NCBI GenBank assembly: GCA_041746575.1
Contig: JBGTGT010000101.1
Location: 43,859 to 107,858 of the forward strand
Origin: Microcystaceae cyanobacterium
GTDB lineage: Bacteria; Cyanobacteriota; Cyanobacteriia; Cyanobacteriales; Microcystaceae
DNA length: 64,000 bases
Reading direction: 5' to 3'
The notes beneath the pieces were generated by a model. The model worked only from the letters and a program-made list of their open reading frames with translations. It was not told the origin of the DNA and ran no database searches. The stretch's first letter is position 1. Every line of letters starts with the position of its first letter. Below are positions 1-10,889 of this stretch, in pieces. A program made the position numbers and the translations under genes.

Positions 1-2
1 TT

Positions 3-2552
3 TCCCCTAGTAATCATCAACATAAATATTATTTAGTCAAAGCAGAAAAATATCGCTTATTGGGCAAAATAGAAAAAGCAATTGATTACTATGATAAAGC
101 AATTGAAGCGGCAGATCGCCATCAGTACATTCAAGAGAAAGCTTTAGCGAATGAACTAGCAGCTAAATTTTATTTAGGACAAAATCGCTGGCGTATTGCT
201 CAAAGTTATATGCTTGAAGCTCAATATAATTATATTAAGTGGGGGGCAATTTATAAAGCTAAACAACTAGAAAATACTTACCCTGAGTTACTGTCTCTGC
301 AAAAAGAAGCCTGTTTAAAGCTGGCTCAAAAATCGTCTTTTGCGAGAACGAGCCGTTCAAACAACACAAATACCCTCGATTTACAAACGGTTTTTAAAGC
401 ATCTCAAATTTTGGCTGAAGAGATTGTCTTAGATAAATTGTTAGAAAAGTTAATGAAAGTTGTTTTAGAAAATGCTGGTGCGCAAAAAGGGTTTTTAATT
501 TTAGAAAAAGGAGGCAAGCTATTAATTGAAGCCTCAGGAACAATTGATCCTTTCGCGATTGCTGTTCGTCAATCTCTGCCGCTCAAATCAGTTGCAGGTT
601 TATCTTTTTCTATTATTAACTATGTCAAACGAACTCAGAAAACGCTAGTGTTGGGGGATACAACGCCAGAAATTTTTTCAAGTACTGCTCCTATTATTCC
701 CGAATCTACGGCAAAATCTTTGTTATGTACACCCATTCTTAAACAAGGCGAACTCATCGGTCTTTTATATTTAGAAAATAATCTAACAACACGTGCCTTT
801 ACACCCGATAGAATAGAAGTTTTAGAGATTCTTTCGACACAAATTGCGATTTCTTTAGAGAACGCCTCTTATTATGAAAAAATGGCGAATTTGAATCAGT
901 CTTTAACTCAAGAAATTACTGTTCGACGAGCCGCAGAAAACCGCTTACGCGAAAGTGAAGAACGCTTTCGGATTATTGCAGAAACATCTCCTGTTCCCAT
1001 TTTAATTGCTCGCTTGGATGATGGAGAGATGGTTTACGTAAATCAAGCGTGTAGTTCACTGGTAGAATGGCCAATTGAATCTTTATTAGGGCAGAAATCG
1101 GCAGATTTTTATGTGAATCCTCAAGAACGAGAGCATTATATTCAGCAAATGCTAACAGAAGGAAAAGTTGATAATTATGAGATTTTAGTTAAAAAGAAGG
1201 ATGGAACTCCTTTTTGGATTAGTAGCTCATCGCGTCCGATTCTATTTAACGGGGAAACGATGTTATTAACGGCCTTCTTCGATTTAACGGAAAGAAAGCG
1301 TATTGAGCAATTTCAAGCCAATTATAGCCTCAAATTAGAGAAAGACGTCCAAGAACGCACTAAAGAACTGAGTCACACTCTAGAAGTCTTAAAAGCGACG
1401 CAAGCGGAATTAGTCTTTGAAAATTCCCTTCTTCGAGAAACAGAACAAGTGATCGCCTATAATTATCAAGTGGGGGGAAGTCTGCCGTTGGATGCGCCGA
1501 CTTATGTGGTTCGTTCTGCTGACCGAGAGCTTTATAAAGCGTTAAAATTAGGAGAATTTTGCTATATTCTTAATCCTCGGCAGATGGGAAAGTCTAGTTT
1601 GCGGGTACAAATGATGAGACGCTTACAATTAGAAGGATACCTCTGCGCGGCGGTGGATTTATCGGCGATTGGCAACCGTCAGATTACCCTCGAACAATGG
1701 TACGCTGGCTTTGTCTATTCGTTAGTGAGTCAGTTTTCAGTCATGGATCCAGTAGAATTAAGGACTTGGTGGCAAGAAAATATGTTCATTTCCCCTGTAC
1801 AGCGTTTAGGAGAGTTTATTCAGACAATTTTGTTGGCGAGAATTCCTGAAAAGCTGGTGATTTTTATTGATGAAATTGATAGTGTGTTAAATTTAGACAT
1901 TGAACTGGATGATTTTTTCATTTTATTACGTAATTGTTTTAATAAAAGAGCAGATAATGCTGAATATAAACGATTATCTTTTGTTTTTTTGGGTGTTGCG
2001 ACGCCCTCTCAATTATTACAAGATAAAACCCGTACTCCCTTCAATATCGGTACGTTTATTCAACTAAGAGGATTTCAAGTCCATGAAGCACAACCCTTAA
2101 TTCAAGGATTAAAAGAGAAAGTAAGCAATCCGCAGGCATTCTTAAAGGAAATTATTGACTGGACTCATGGACAACCCTTTTTGACTCAAAAAATCTGTCA
2201 GTTACTGCGAAATTCTAAAGAAACTATCCCTCTCAATCAAGAAGCAGACTGGGTTAGACAATTAGTGGAAACCCGCATTATTGAAAATTGGGAAAGTCAG
2301 GACGAACCTGAACACCTGAAAACGATTAGAGACCGTTTATTAGCGAATTATTCTAAGTTACCTCATTTATTTGATTTATATCGTCAAATTTATCAAACAG
2401 ATGCCGTAATCGCTAACGATAGTCTAGAAGAACGAGAATTAATCCTCTCTGGACTAATTGTTAAAGAACAGGGCAAACTTAAGGTTTACAATCCTATTTA
2501 TCGCCGAATTTTTACGGACTCTTGGCTCAATTCTCTCCTTGATAACTCGTAA
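3..2552 (+). CDS. 5'-truncated multidomain sensor: TPR-like tail of a Ser/Thr kinase-AAA protein, then GAF, PAS, coiled coil and an AAA_35-like ATPase
   Basis: Frame is open from base 3. [11 protein letters not shown]...WGA..K segment, GAF (LYLENNL..AFTPDR), PAS (SEERFR...KKDGTPFW), then [20 protein letters not shown], Walker A RQMGKSS and Walker B VIFIDEID. Confidence 0.85.
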   Translation, partial: SPSNHQHKYYLVKAEKYRLLGKIEKAIDYYDKAIEAADRHQYIQEKALANELAAKFYLGQNRWRIAQSYMLEAQYNYIKWGAIYKAKQLENTYPELLSLQKEACLKLAQKSSFARTSRSNNTNTLDLQTVFKASQILAEEIVLDKLLEKLMKVVLENAGAQKGFLILEKGGKLLIEASGTIDPFAIAVRQSLPLKSVAGLSFSIINYVKRTQKTLVLGDTTPEIFSSTAPIIPESTAKSLLCTPILKQGELIGLLYLENNLTTRAFTPDRIEVLEILSTQIAISLENASYYEKMANLNQSLTQEITVRRAAENRLRESEERFRIIAETSPVPILIARLDDGEMVYVNQACSSLVEWPIESLLGQKSADFYVNPQEREHYIQQMLTEGKVDNYEILVKKKDGTPFWISSSSRPILFNGETMLLTAFFDLTERKRIEQFQANYSLKLEKDVQERTKELSHTLEVLKATQAELVFENSLLRETEQVIAYNYQVGGSLPLDAPTYVVRSADRELYKALKLGEFCYILNPRQMGKSSLRVQMMRRLQLEGYLCAAVDLSAIGNRQITLEQWYAGFVYSLVSQFSVMDPVELRTWWQENMFISPVQRLGEFIQTILLARIPEKLVIFIDEIDSVLNLDIELDDFFILLRNCFNKRADNAEYKRLSFVFLGVATPSQLLQDKTRTPFNIGTFIQLRGFQVHEAQPLIQGLKEKVSNPQAFLKEIIDWTHGQPFLTQKICQLLRNSKETIPLNQEADWVRQLVETRIIENWESQDEPEHLKTIRDRLLANYSKLPHLFDLYRQIYQTDAVIANDSLEERELILSGLIVKEQGKLKVYNPIYRRIFTDSWLNSLLDNS

Positions 2553-2628
2553 ATCGTCATCCATTTTATAATTAATATTTGATCAATCTAAAAATTCTTT
2601 TTTTCTAATTGATTATCCGTTTACTTTA

Positions 2629-3162
2629 ATGCCTAAAATTCTATTAACCTCTTTTCAACCTTGGTTATCTCATCATTGTTCTAATAGCTCTGATGATTTA
2701 TTAGAAAAATTGGAAAATCAACAGCTTAATGACCTTTCTCTTCTTTTCTTACGTCAACTTCCAGTGAACATCTCTCAAGCTCACCAAAGGGTTTTAGTTG
2801 CTTTAGAATGTCATCAACCCCATGGTGTTATCTGTTGTGGAATGGCCGAAAAACGCACTCACTTGAGTATCGAATCTTGTGCCATTTGGGAATCTAAAAA
2901 AGTACAAACTTCGGTCAATTTATCTCAATTAATGCTATCATTATGTCACACCCACTTGAGTCATGATGCCGGTAAATTTGTCTGTGAAGGACTTTATTAT
3001 CATGTCTTGAAATATTGTCAGTCTCTTAGCCCCTCTCTGCCGTGCTTATTTGTTCATGTTCCTTTATTTACACCATCCAATACGTCTCAAATTTTAGGGG
3101 ATTTTTGTTTAATTTTAGAACACTTTAAAGCTTCTCAATGTCTAAAGGATTATTTTGCCTAA
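2629..3162 (+). CDS. pyroglutamyl-peptidase I family (C15)
   Basis: KILLTSFQPW, SIES, DAGKFVCEGLYY, FVHVP (E/C/H triad motifs). Confidence 0.85.
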   Translation: MPKILLTSFQPWLSHHCSNSSDDLLEKLENQQLNDLSLLFLRQLPVNISQAHQRVLVALECHQPHGVICCGMAEKRTHLSIESCAIWESKKVQTSVNLSQLMLSLCHTHLSHDAGKFVCEGLYYHVLKYCQSLSPSLPCLFVHVPLFTPSNTSQILGDFCLILEHFKASQCLKDYFA

Positions 3163-5368
3163 CAAAATCTAACAAAATTTTTCGTTCTGCTGTTGCGATC
3201 GCTTGATAAACCCCTTCTACACTGGCAGATTCAACAGAAATAGCATCAATCCCCCAACGGATAAATTTTTCAATTAAATCGGGAGAATGAACGGGTAATT
3301 GTCCACAAATTGAACAGGGAATTTGATGTTTTTTGGCTTGCTTAATTATTTGTTCTAATGCCTTCATTAATGCGGGATGGTGACTAATTTTCGGGTCGCT
3401 TTCCCAAGACGTTTCTCGATTAATTCCTAACAAAAATTGGGTTAAATCATTTGTCCCTATGGCTATTCCTTGAAGCCCTGCTTGAATATAATCCTCTAAT
3501 AAGAAAATCGCTGAAGGAACTTCTGCCATAATCCATAACTGAAAGGTTTCTATTTGATCTAAACCTACCTTTTTTACCCAATTTTGACAAAAACAAAACT
3601 CCTCAACTCCCCGCACCAAAGGTAAAATTAAATGGATCTGATGATACCCTCGAGCTTGCCAGTATCGTAATGCCTGTAATTCAATCTCGAAAAAACGAGA
3701 ATCTACTAAATAAGCAGAGGTTCCTTGACTAAAAGGGAATGAGTTTTCTTTTTTTAGGTCTAAAGATCGGTAAAAAACGGGACTATCCTTAAAATGCACG
3801 ACAAATTGCCCAATCAATTCAATTAGATGAGCTTTCAATTGTTCCGCATGATACGTTAGCCATTGATCCAGCGATTTCTCTTGAAATAAATCGAGTAACA
3901 TTAATTCTGAGCGAATTAAACCGATTCCATCAATCGGTAGCCTTTTGATCTCTGTGAGGAAGGTGGGTTGACTCATATTAACCCGTAGCTGAGTGGCAAT
4001 GACAGGAGACGCAATTGTCTTCTGGATGAAAGCGGGATCAGTCAATTCTTGTTTCACCCCTTTAAATGGATAAATTTGCCCTTTATTGCCATCAATCGTC
4101 ATGATATCCCCTGAGTGAAGTCGTTGTCTTGCTGCTTGAACCCCTACCAGAGCAGGAATTCCGACTTCTCGTGCTAAAATTGCAGCATGACTGGTCATTC
4201 CTCCTTCCTCTAATACGATTCCCGCCGCATTCCTAAGCCAAGTTAACAATTGTGGAGAAATTCGATCTGCTACCAAAATATGCTGAGGAGGAATCGCTTG
4301 ATAATCATTAGATAAATGATAAATAGGTGCGTTTGCCAGACCTCTTGAGGCAGAAATCCCTTTTATAACTTTATTGTCCTTTATTTCAATGCTTAAATCG
4401 GTGAGATGGACAACAAAAGCGGGATGAAGGCGATGGATAGAGATAGAGGAAGAAAGCGTCGTGTCAATGTCGGGAATTGTCCACTCAAACAGAAGAGGTT
4501 CATCAGAAAAAGAGGTTAATTTTTGTCCTAATTCACTAAATTGTTGTAAAAAAAGATCATTTAATACAAAATTCTCTTGCTCAGTTTGAGATAAAACATA
4601 TCCTTCTAAAAAAGTGGTATGATGGGCAGTTGATAAGCGATAGCCATAGCGTTTATGACCCAATTTTCGTAAATTTAGACATGAGTGAACCAAATTAAGG
4701 TGATATTCATCAGGATCAACTTCTCCTTTTAAAATACTAAGATCTTCTCCCCATGTCGCCTTTAGGGTCAAGTGATCGCCCGCTAAATAGGCCGTTCCAG
4801 AAGCGATCGCCGGATTAAGGGGATGAACCAAGACAGTAAACGGAATTTTTTCTAGTTTAATGCCGCTTCGATCGCAAAATAGAAGGCTTTTCGCACTAAA
4901 TACAGATGACCACACCTTCTTGATCGCCCATTCTAACGATTCAGGCGAATTTGAGCAAATCTGAGCGGGAAAAATGCCCCCCATATCCTGTGAAGCCATC
5001 AGGGATAAAGGGGAAGCTCTAACCATCAAAGTAGAGGATGCCAAGGTTTGACTTGCTTGCCAACAGTCATCCCACACCAATGATTGAAAAGGCGTTTCCA
5101 TAATTGCTTGGCGACTTTGCAGGGCAACAAATTGGAGTGAGCGAGGATTATCTACATCTAAATACAAAGAAGAACTGGGAAAATCAGCTAACAAAGAAGA
5201 TGTTTTAGCAACTGATGCCAAAAATTCCTGAAAAATTTGATTATTAATGACAAATCCCTCGACGACAGGATATCCTCCTCGATAAAGCTGACTAAGGTGG
5301 AAAGCCTCATCACCCACCCAAGAACGATCAAGCGTTTCAATCTGATTGAACCAATAAAGCGTGGTCAC
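3125..5368 (-). CDS. PEP synthase-like (PEP-utilising) protein with a divergent N-terminal domain
   Basis: Phospho-His motif GGMTSHAAILARE; C-terminal GIGLIRSE, MAEVPS, IGTNDLTQ, SICGQ. Confidence 0.8.
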   Translation of the reverse strand: MTTLYWFNQIETLDRSWVGDEAFHLSQLYRGGYPVVEGFVINNQIFQEFLASVAKTSSLLADFPSSSLYLDVDNPRSLQFVALQSRQAIMETPFQSLVWDDCWQASQTLASSTLMVRASPLSLMASQDMGGIFPAQICSNSPESLEWAIKKVWSSVFSAKSLLFCDRSGIKLEKIPFTVLVHPLNPAIASGTAYLAGDHLTLKATWGEDLSILKGEVDPDEYHLNLVHSCLNLRKLGHKRYGYRLSTAHHTTFLEGYVLSQTEQENFVLNDLFLQQFSELGQKLTSFSDEPLLFEWTIPDIDTTLSSSISIHRLHPAFVVHLTDLSIEIKDNKVIKGISASRGLANAPIYHLSNDYQAIPPQHILVADRISPQLLTWLRNAAGIVLEEGGMTSHAAILAREVGIPALVGVQAARQRLHSGDIMTIDGNKGQIYPFKGVKQELTDPAFIQKTIASPVIATQLRVNMSQPTFLTEIKRLPIDGIGLIRSELMLLDLFQEKSLDQWLTYHAEQLKAHLIELIGQFVVHFKDSPVFYRSLDLKKENSFPFSQGTSAYLVDSRFFEIELQALRYWQARGYHQIHLILPLVRGVEEFCFCQNWVKKVGLDQIETFQLWIMAEVPSAIFLLEDYIQAGLQGIAIGTNDLTQFLLGINRETSWESDPKISHHPALMKALEQIIKQAKKHQIPCSICGQLPVHSPDLIEKFIRWGIDAISVESASVEGVYQAIATAERKILLDFVRQNNPLDIEKL

Positions 5369-5635
5369 AGCCTGTAACCTCTAAAGGATGAAAATCTATT
5401 AGCAACAAATTCCTTAGACATTAGTTGTGTGTTTATCGTCAAAAAAGTTGAACGTTTTAAATTTTCCTGTCCTCTTTTCTGACTCCTCATTTTCTCGTCT
5501 TGATTGTTCAATTGAGTATGTCCGACGATTTCTCATAGATAGGGATTGAGCGATGGGACGGAAGGGTTCAACTTTTTTTATCTTAAGCAATTTGTCAATA
5601 AGCTGTGATATATCTTAACATCAATTAATTATACT

Positions 5636-5663
5636 GAAAAAAGACAGACGCAACGCCTGTCTC
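5636..5663 (-). terminator. intrinsic terminator of petCA
   Basis: Minus strand GAGACAGGCG-TTG-CGTCTGTC followed by a T run, about 30 nt after the petA stop. Confidence 0.65.
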
Positions 5664-5691
5664 TCAGAAATTTAACAAACCGCTCAAGATT

Positions 5692-6675
5692 TTAGAAGTT
5701 AGCTTCTGCGGCTTGAACCCGTTCGATTTGTTTTTTCTTAAGAACGAGGAAGATTTGAGCTAACATAATAACCCCTAAGAAGACAACCAGAGCGACAATC
5801 CGACGCGGGTCCTGGAGAACCACTTCCGTATCTTTTTGACCAAATCCGCCAACATTGGGGTTTTTATTCAAGACCTCTCCTGCCGTCACTGCTTGTCCTT
5901 CTGTGACAGTCAATTCTAGGCCATTGGGAATGTTATCCACCACGTCTCCGTCCTCTGTGGCAAGGGTTATCTGATAACCGCTATCTCCTTGGCTAATTTG
6001 GCTGATAGTGCCACTAGCTGAGGCTTTATAAGCATTATTATTGCTCAGTTCCCCAGTGGGATAGATTTGACCACGACCACGGTTTGCCCCCAAATGAACG
6101 GAATATTTACCAAAATGTAAGTTTTTGTCAGTTTTGGGATCGGGCGAGAGAACCGGAACGACGATTTCTTGATATTGATCCCCCGGTAGCGGTCCTGCAA
6201 TAATCACGTTCTCTTGATCTTCCCGATAGGGTTGAAAATAAACGCCCCCGACTTCTTCGTTTAATTCATCAGAAATGCGTTCGGGGGGTGCAACCTTAAA
6301 GCCTTCTGGTAACATTAACACAAAACCCACATTGAGACCCCCTTTTGAACCATCCCCTAACACCTGTTGACTGTTCGTGTCGTAGGGAATTTTAACCACT
6401 GCCTTAAAGACAGAATCGGGTAAAACCGCTTGCGGAATTTCGATTTCGGCAGGTTTTTGGGCTAAATGGCAGTTAGCACATACAATGCGCCCAGTGGCTT
6501 CACGAGGGGTTTCTGGGGCAGTTTGTTGCGCCCAAAAAGGATAGGCGGAGGCAGATTGCGGGAGATACAGATCACTCAAAACCCATAGGGTAACCGTGGC
6601 TAAAAACAGTAAGAGTCCTTGGGTAATAACTTGCTGAAAAATTCGTCTAATTGCCGTAAAATCAACTTTTTTCAT
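5692..6675 (-). CDS. petA: apocytochrome f
   Basis: SASA|YPFWAQ, CANCH heme motif, C-terminal TM and KKKQIERVQAAE; start moved to ATG at 6675 so it lies downstream of petC. Confidence 0.97.
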   Translation of the reverse strand: MKKVDFTAIRRIFQQVITQGLLLFLATVTLWVLSDLYLPQSASAYPFWAQQTAPETPREATGRIVCANCHLAQKPAEIEIPQAVLPDSVFKAVVKIPYDTNSQQVLGDGSKGGLNVGFVLMLPEGFKVAPPERISDELNEEVGGVYFQPYREDQENVIIAGPLPGDQYQEIVVPVLSPDPKTDKNLHFGKYSVHLGANRGRGQIYPTGELSNNNAYKASASGTISQISQGDSGYQITLATEDGDVVDNIPNGLELTVTEGQAVTAGEVLNKNPNVGGFGQKDTEVVLQDPRRIVALVVFLGVIMLAQIFLVLKKKQIERVQAAEANF

Positions 6676-6728
6676 TGTAATGGTCGTAAAAATGGAAACT
6701 ATGCGCTGAAAATAACAATTGAAAAGGA

Positions 6729-7271
6729 TTAAGCCCACCAAGGCTTCTCATCCGTCCGAAAATCGGTTTCTGTCCATTGAGTAAAGACCACTTTATCATT
6801 CTCATCAACGGTGGTGTGGACAAGGGCTAAAGACAAAGGAGCAGGCCCACGAACGACTTTACCCGCTGTATTGTATTGAGAACCATGACAAGGACAGATA
6901 AATTTATTTTCACTGGCATTCCAAGGGACAACACAACCCAAGTGGGTACAAACGGCGTTAATGCCATAATTGGCAATGGTGTCATCGCCTTGAATAACGA
7001 TATAGGTAGGATCTCCCTTTAACCCTTGAGCTAAAACGCGATCGCCGGTATTGTGACTGGCTAAAAATTCAGTAGCCACAACATCATTGCCTAACGCATC
7101 TTTAGCCGTGATACCGCCTCCTGAACCGCCACTAGAAGGGGGAATGAAGTATTTAACAACAGGATATAATGCTCCTGCTGCAACGCCGGTAATCGTGCCG
7201 AAGGTTAGTAAATTCATGAATTGACGTCGCCCCAGATCGGGGACATCAGATGAACCAGAAAGTTGAGCCAT
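6729..7271 (-). CDS. petC: cytochrome b6f Rieske Fe-S subunit
   Basis: Tat-like [15 protein letters not shown] and CPCHGS. Confidence 0.98.
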   Translation of the reverse strand: MAQLSGSSDVPDLGRRQFMNLLTFGTITGVAAGALYPVVKYFIPPSSGGSGGGITAKDALGNDVVATEFLASHNTGDRVLAQGLKGDPTYIVIQGDDTIANYGINAVCTHLGCVVPWNASENKFICPCHGSQYNTAGKVVRGPAPLSLALVHTTVDENDKVVFTQWTETDFRTDEKPWWA

Positions 7272-7549
7272 AATAACAATGTCTTGATCAATAACTGAGT
7301 GTAATCGCTAGTCTGGTTAACCTCCAGACGAGGCAGCCCCAAAGCTGAAAAATCGCCATTTGGCTGGTCATAATTATTCAGTTTAGTCCCATAGGGCATC
7401 GATCACAACTGCTTCAATGCGTCTAGTCATACCTTATCCACTTTACTGTGACCTGTTCCCTGTTATGGTTTCCCTTTCCTTTGGAAAATCCCTCAAAGAT
7501 TCACTATCATAAAGGTGGCACTCATTCATTTTGTTCATTTAAAAGTCTT

Positions 7550-7945
7550 ATGGAAAAGGTCAAAAAAACAGAAAAAGAGTGGAAAGAGATTTTAACGCCT
7601 GAACAATTTCGGGTCGCTCGCAAAAAAGGGACAGAACAAGCATTTACAGGTAAATATCACGACAATAAACAAGCAGGGATTTATCAATGCGTTTGCTGTG
7701 GTCAAGACCTATTTTCCTCAGAAAGCAAGTATGATTCAGGTACAGGATGGCCGAGCTTTTGGCAACCGATTGCTGAAAATCGCATCAAAACCGAAAATGA
7801 CTTTAGCTTGTTCATGCGTCGCACTGAAGTGTTATGTTCCGCCTGTGATGCCCACTTAGGTCACATTTTCAACGACGGACCCCCACCCACAGGTCAACGT
7901 TACTGCTTAAACTCTGCCGCTTTAGATTTTGCAGAAACGCCTTAA
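7550..7945 (+). CDS. msrB: peptide-methionine (R)-S-oxide reductase
   Basis: KYDSGTGWPSF, HLGHIFNDGP, RYCLNS; ATG at 7550 preferred. Confidence 0.95.
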   Translation: MEKVKKTEKEWKEILTPEQFRVARKKGTEQAFTGKYHDNKQAGIYQCVCCGQDLFSSESKYDSGTGWPSFWQPIAENRIKTENDFSLFMRRTEVLCSACDAHLGHIFNDGPPPTGQRYCLNSAALDFAETP

Positions 7946-8080
7946 ATAGGGGACTCAGGCACAAAATTTACAGAATAAAAGGGGAGAAAGGCAAACGGCA
8001 AAAAAATCGAGCAAAATTTCAATACCCTCAGCAGTGTATTGAGATCTCCCCTTATTCTGATATGATAAGGGCGCACCAGC

Positions 8081-8515
8081 TTGCAAAAACGACTTGAGAC
8101 AACCCGAAAAACCGTGTCCACCCTAGAACGCATTGAATCAATTAAGGCGGGTATACTGGGAATGAGCAGTTTTACCTTTTGTCATTGCTTTTTTTTAGTT
8201 ATAAAAGGCCATTTGACCCTATTTTGGTTCTTTTCTCCCGATCTGATATTCAAGATTCTCATTGCTTTAATTACGGGGGGATTATTTGGACTGACTTATC
8301 GTTACATTATTCGAGGGGAAGATAATACGCATCTCAAGGATGGGGCAGTCTTAGCTTTTGGTTTAGTGAGGGGTTTAGCTTCCTTGGAATCAACTCCCCA
8401 TTTTCTGGAAACGTGGCAACAATCGAGCTTAATTCTCGGAGAAAGCTGTCTATGTTTCTTCATCGCCCGTTTGACTTTAGATTGGGCTTTTATGCAAGGA
8501 TGGGTTAGTCCTTAA
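8081..8515 (+). CDS. conserved cyanobacterial membrane protein
   Basis: ERIESIKAG, LFGLTYRYIIR, LKDGAVLAFGLVRGLA; start uncertain. Confidence 0.7.
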   Translation: MQKRLETTRKTVSTLERIESIKAGILGMSSFTFCHCFFLVIKGHLTLFWFFSPDLIFKILIALITGGLFGLTYRYIIRGEDNTHLKDGAVLAFGLVRGLASLESTPHFLETWQQSSLILGESCLCFFIARLTLDWAFMQGWVSP

Positions 8516-8601
8516 TTTTGTCCTTTTCTCTACATCGTTCAGAATCGTCAGGCAGGTTGCTTGTTAAACTGAAGTCATCCTTTTAAGATTTCGCGCTCCT
8601 C

Positions 8602-9174
8602 ATGATGACTTATAATCATTCATCGAATAAAAAGATATTTTCCGTTTTCTCTGTCTTGATTTTAGGGATAATTTCGTCAGCAGTCGGGTTAACCGTTTCT
8701 GCAGAACCAGTAATGACGTTTAGCTCGTCCCCTCGACTCATTCGTTCTATGACCACCTATCGCAATCCAAGCGTTTTAGCAAACTACCAATTTACCCTTG
8801 AAATTCCCTCAGATGCGGGAACTCCTTTGAAAAAAGTCAAAATCACGCAACAGTCTAATTTAGAAATCATTCGGTTCTTTCCTGAGCAAACCAAAGCGTT
8901 TATCGGCCAAAAATTCATCAATAAAGACGATCAAATCATTCCAATCGAAAGTGCTATTTTTGAAAAAAATACAGAAAATTCTCTACTGATAACTTTTACT
9001 CAAGGATTAGAACCCGGAACGACCCTGACTCTTTCTTTACGCGGAAAAAACCCTCGATATGGTGGAATTTATCAATTTGGAATTACGGTTTTTCCAGCAG
9101 GAAATCAAGCTCAACCGCTTTATCTAGGGGTTGGCCGAATTCATTTTTCTCAACCCGGAGGAATGGGGAGTTAA
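8602..9174 (+). CDS. DUF2808 family secreted protein
   Basis: Signal peptide, YQFTLEIP..AG.PL..V.I.Q, NPRYGGIYQFGITVFPAG. Confidence 0.8.
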   Translation: MMTYNHSSNKKIFSVFSVLILGIISSAVGLTVSAEPVMTFSSSPRLIRSMTTYRNPSVLANYQFTLEIPSDAGTPLKKVKITQQSNLEIIRFFPEQTKAFIGQKFINKDDQIIPIESAIFEKNTENSLLITFTQGLEPGTTLTLSLRGKNPRYGGIYQFGITVFPAGNQAQPLYLGVGRIHFSQPGGMGS

Positions 9175-9330
9175 AGAAATGCACCCTTAATCCCTAACAA
9201 GATTTGAGGTTAATCGTTCAGGGCAAATCTGAGAAAATTCTGCAACTTTCCGCTTCTTCGTCGAGATCATACTAACCTAAAAAGGGAAAACAATCCTTAT
9301 CCCTCACTATGATCAGGAGAAATTCTACTT

Positions 9331-9951
9331 ATGTCAGAAGCATCTATTATTGAAAATCGAGACTATACGCTGATGATCGACAAAAGCAGTAGTATGGCTA
9401 TCTCTGATGGAGCAGATGGTAAAACGCGCTGGGAAATTGCTCAAGAATCTACCCTAGCCCTCGCAAAACAGTGCGAACAAATTGACCCCGATGGCATTAC
9501 CGTTTATCTGTTTTCAGGACGCTTTAGACGCTACGATAACGTCACCTCGGATAAGGTCTCCCAAATCTATGCCGAGAATGAACCGATGGGCAAAACCGAT
9601 TTAGCCACTGTACTACAGGATGGATTAAAAAATTATTTTCAGCGCAAAGCGACCGGAGAAACTAAAGAAAATGGTGAAACATTTTTGATTATTACTGATG
9701 GTGAACCTACCGATCGTAAAGCGGTAATGCGAACCATTATTGAAGCGACTAATCTGATTGAGCGAGATGAAGAATTAGCAATTTCCTTAATTCAAGTCGG
9801 TCGTGACAAGAAAGCGACGGTTTTTTTTAAAGCTCTTGATGACGAATTACAACAAGCCGGTGCAAAATTTGATATTGTTGATACCGTAACCGTTGAAGAT
9901 ATGCGAAATATGTCTTTAACTGAAATTTTACTCAAGGCAATTACCGACTAA
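9331..9951 (+). CDS. stand-alone vWA domain protein
   Basis: MIDAS DKSSSM, T, ITDGEP; AGGAG RBS. Confidence 0.9.
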   Translation: MSEASIIENRDYTLMIDKSSSMAISDGADGKTRWEIAQESTLALAKQCEQIDPDGITVYLFSGRFRRYDNVTSDKVSQIYAENEPMGKTDLATVLQDGLKNYFQRKATGETKENGETFLIITDGEPTDRKAVMRTIIEATNLIERDEELAISLIQVGRDKKATVFFKALDDELQQAGAKFDIVDTVTVEDMRNMSLTEILLKAITD

Positions 9952-10360
9952 GTTTAAAGGAAAAAATCAGCCATCAAGGGGAGTTTAGAACCCCTCCCCC
10001 TCTAAGCAGAGGGATGATCTATGTCTCCCCGCTCGTCTCCTATATTATTGTGAGCCATAAGATTAAGGTTTTCTTAATATAAAAAGTCTGCTTTTGTCCG
10101 ATTTGCCAAGGGACTAAAACTTATGCTACATTAACCACCAACTAAGCGATCGCGTCTGTCAATGATTGAGGTTAAATCCCCTTCTAACAGGTAAAAAACC
10201 CTAAAGCCTGATCTCCAATAGACAGGGCTAAACAGTCTTCGCTTAGGAAAGAAAACAAAGTTAAGGCATCCATTCCTTTGACTTAGAATTTTTTGAGTCA
10301 AAAGGCAATCTTCACTTAACCCAATCTTATAAGTCATCTTTCTACAATACGGAGGACAAA

Positions 10361-10765
10361 ATGCGTCAACTCAAAACCTTTGTAATTATCCTGTTCTGTA
10401 CTTTATCCTTCACTTTTGTAATCTTTGCTCCTGCCAGTCAAGCCGACCCTTTTCAAGCAGAGGTTACATTGAGCCAATCCTATTATTTTATGGGATTCTT
10501 TGACCGTTTTAAGGCAAAAAGTAAGCAATTAGAAGGACAAGCTCAAGAAGCAAAAGGAAAGCTCACCAATGATAAAGCAGAGCAACTGAAAGGCAAATCA
10601 AAACAGCTTCAAGGAGACACAATGGAAGCGTCCGAAAATACGGGCGATGCTGTCAAGAAAACGGGCAAAACAGTCGAAAACACGATTGACGAAACCTCTG
10701 AAAACCTCTCAGAATCCTTTAACGCCTTAGGGGAAAAACTCCAAAAAGCGATGGAAGCGCAATAA
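10361..10765 (+). CDS. CsbD-like stress protein with signal peptide
   Basis: KQLEGQAQEAKGKLTNDK..QLKGKSKQLQG CsbD pattern; GGAGG RBS. Confidence 0.8.
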   Translation: MRQLKTFVIILFCTLSFTFVIFAPASQADPFQAEVTLSQSYYFMGFFDRFKAKSKQLEGQAQEAKGKLTNDKAEQLKGKSKQLQGDTMEASENTGDAVKKTGKTVENTIDETSENLSESFNALGEKLQKAMEAQ

Positions 10766-10889
10766 GTTAAATTCTTTTTCCTCATTCAAGCGGAATTAGA
10801 ATTTGAGATCCGTAGGGCGAAGTGCGATCGCCTTTTATTGATAGAAAAAGACGAAAATAGATCGTTCGCCCCAAATTCTAGGAGAATTC

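Noticed and set aside
10811..10873. GTAGGGCGAA...TTCGCCCC REP-like inverted repeat
   Set aside because: Degenerate single copy; cannot be assigned to a repeat family from this window
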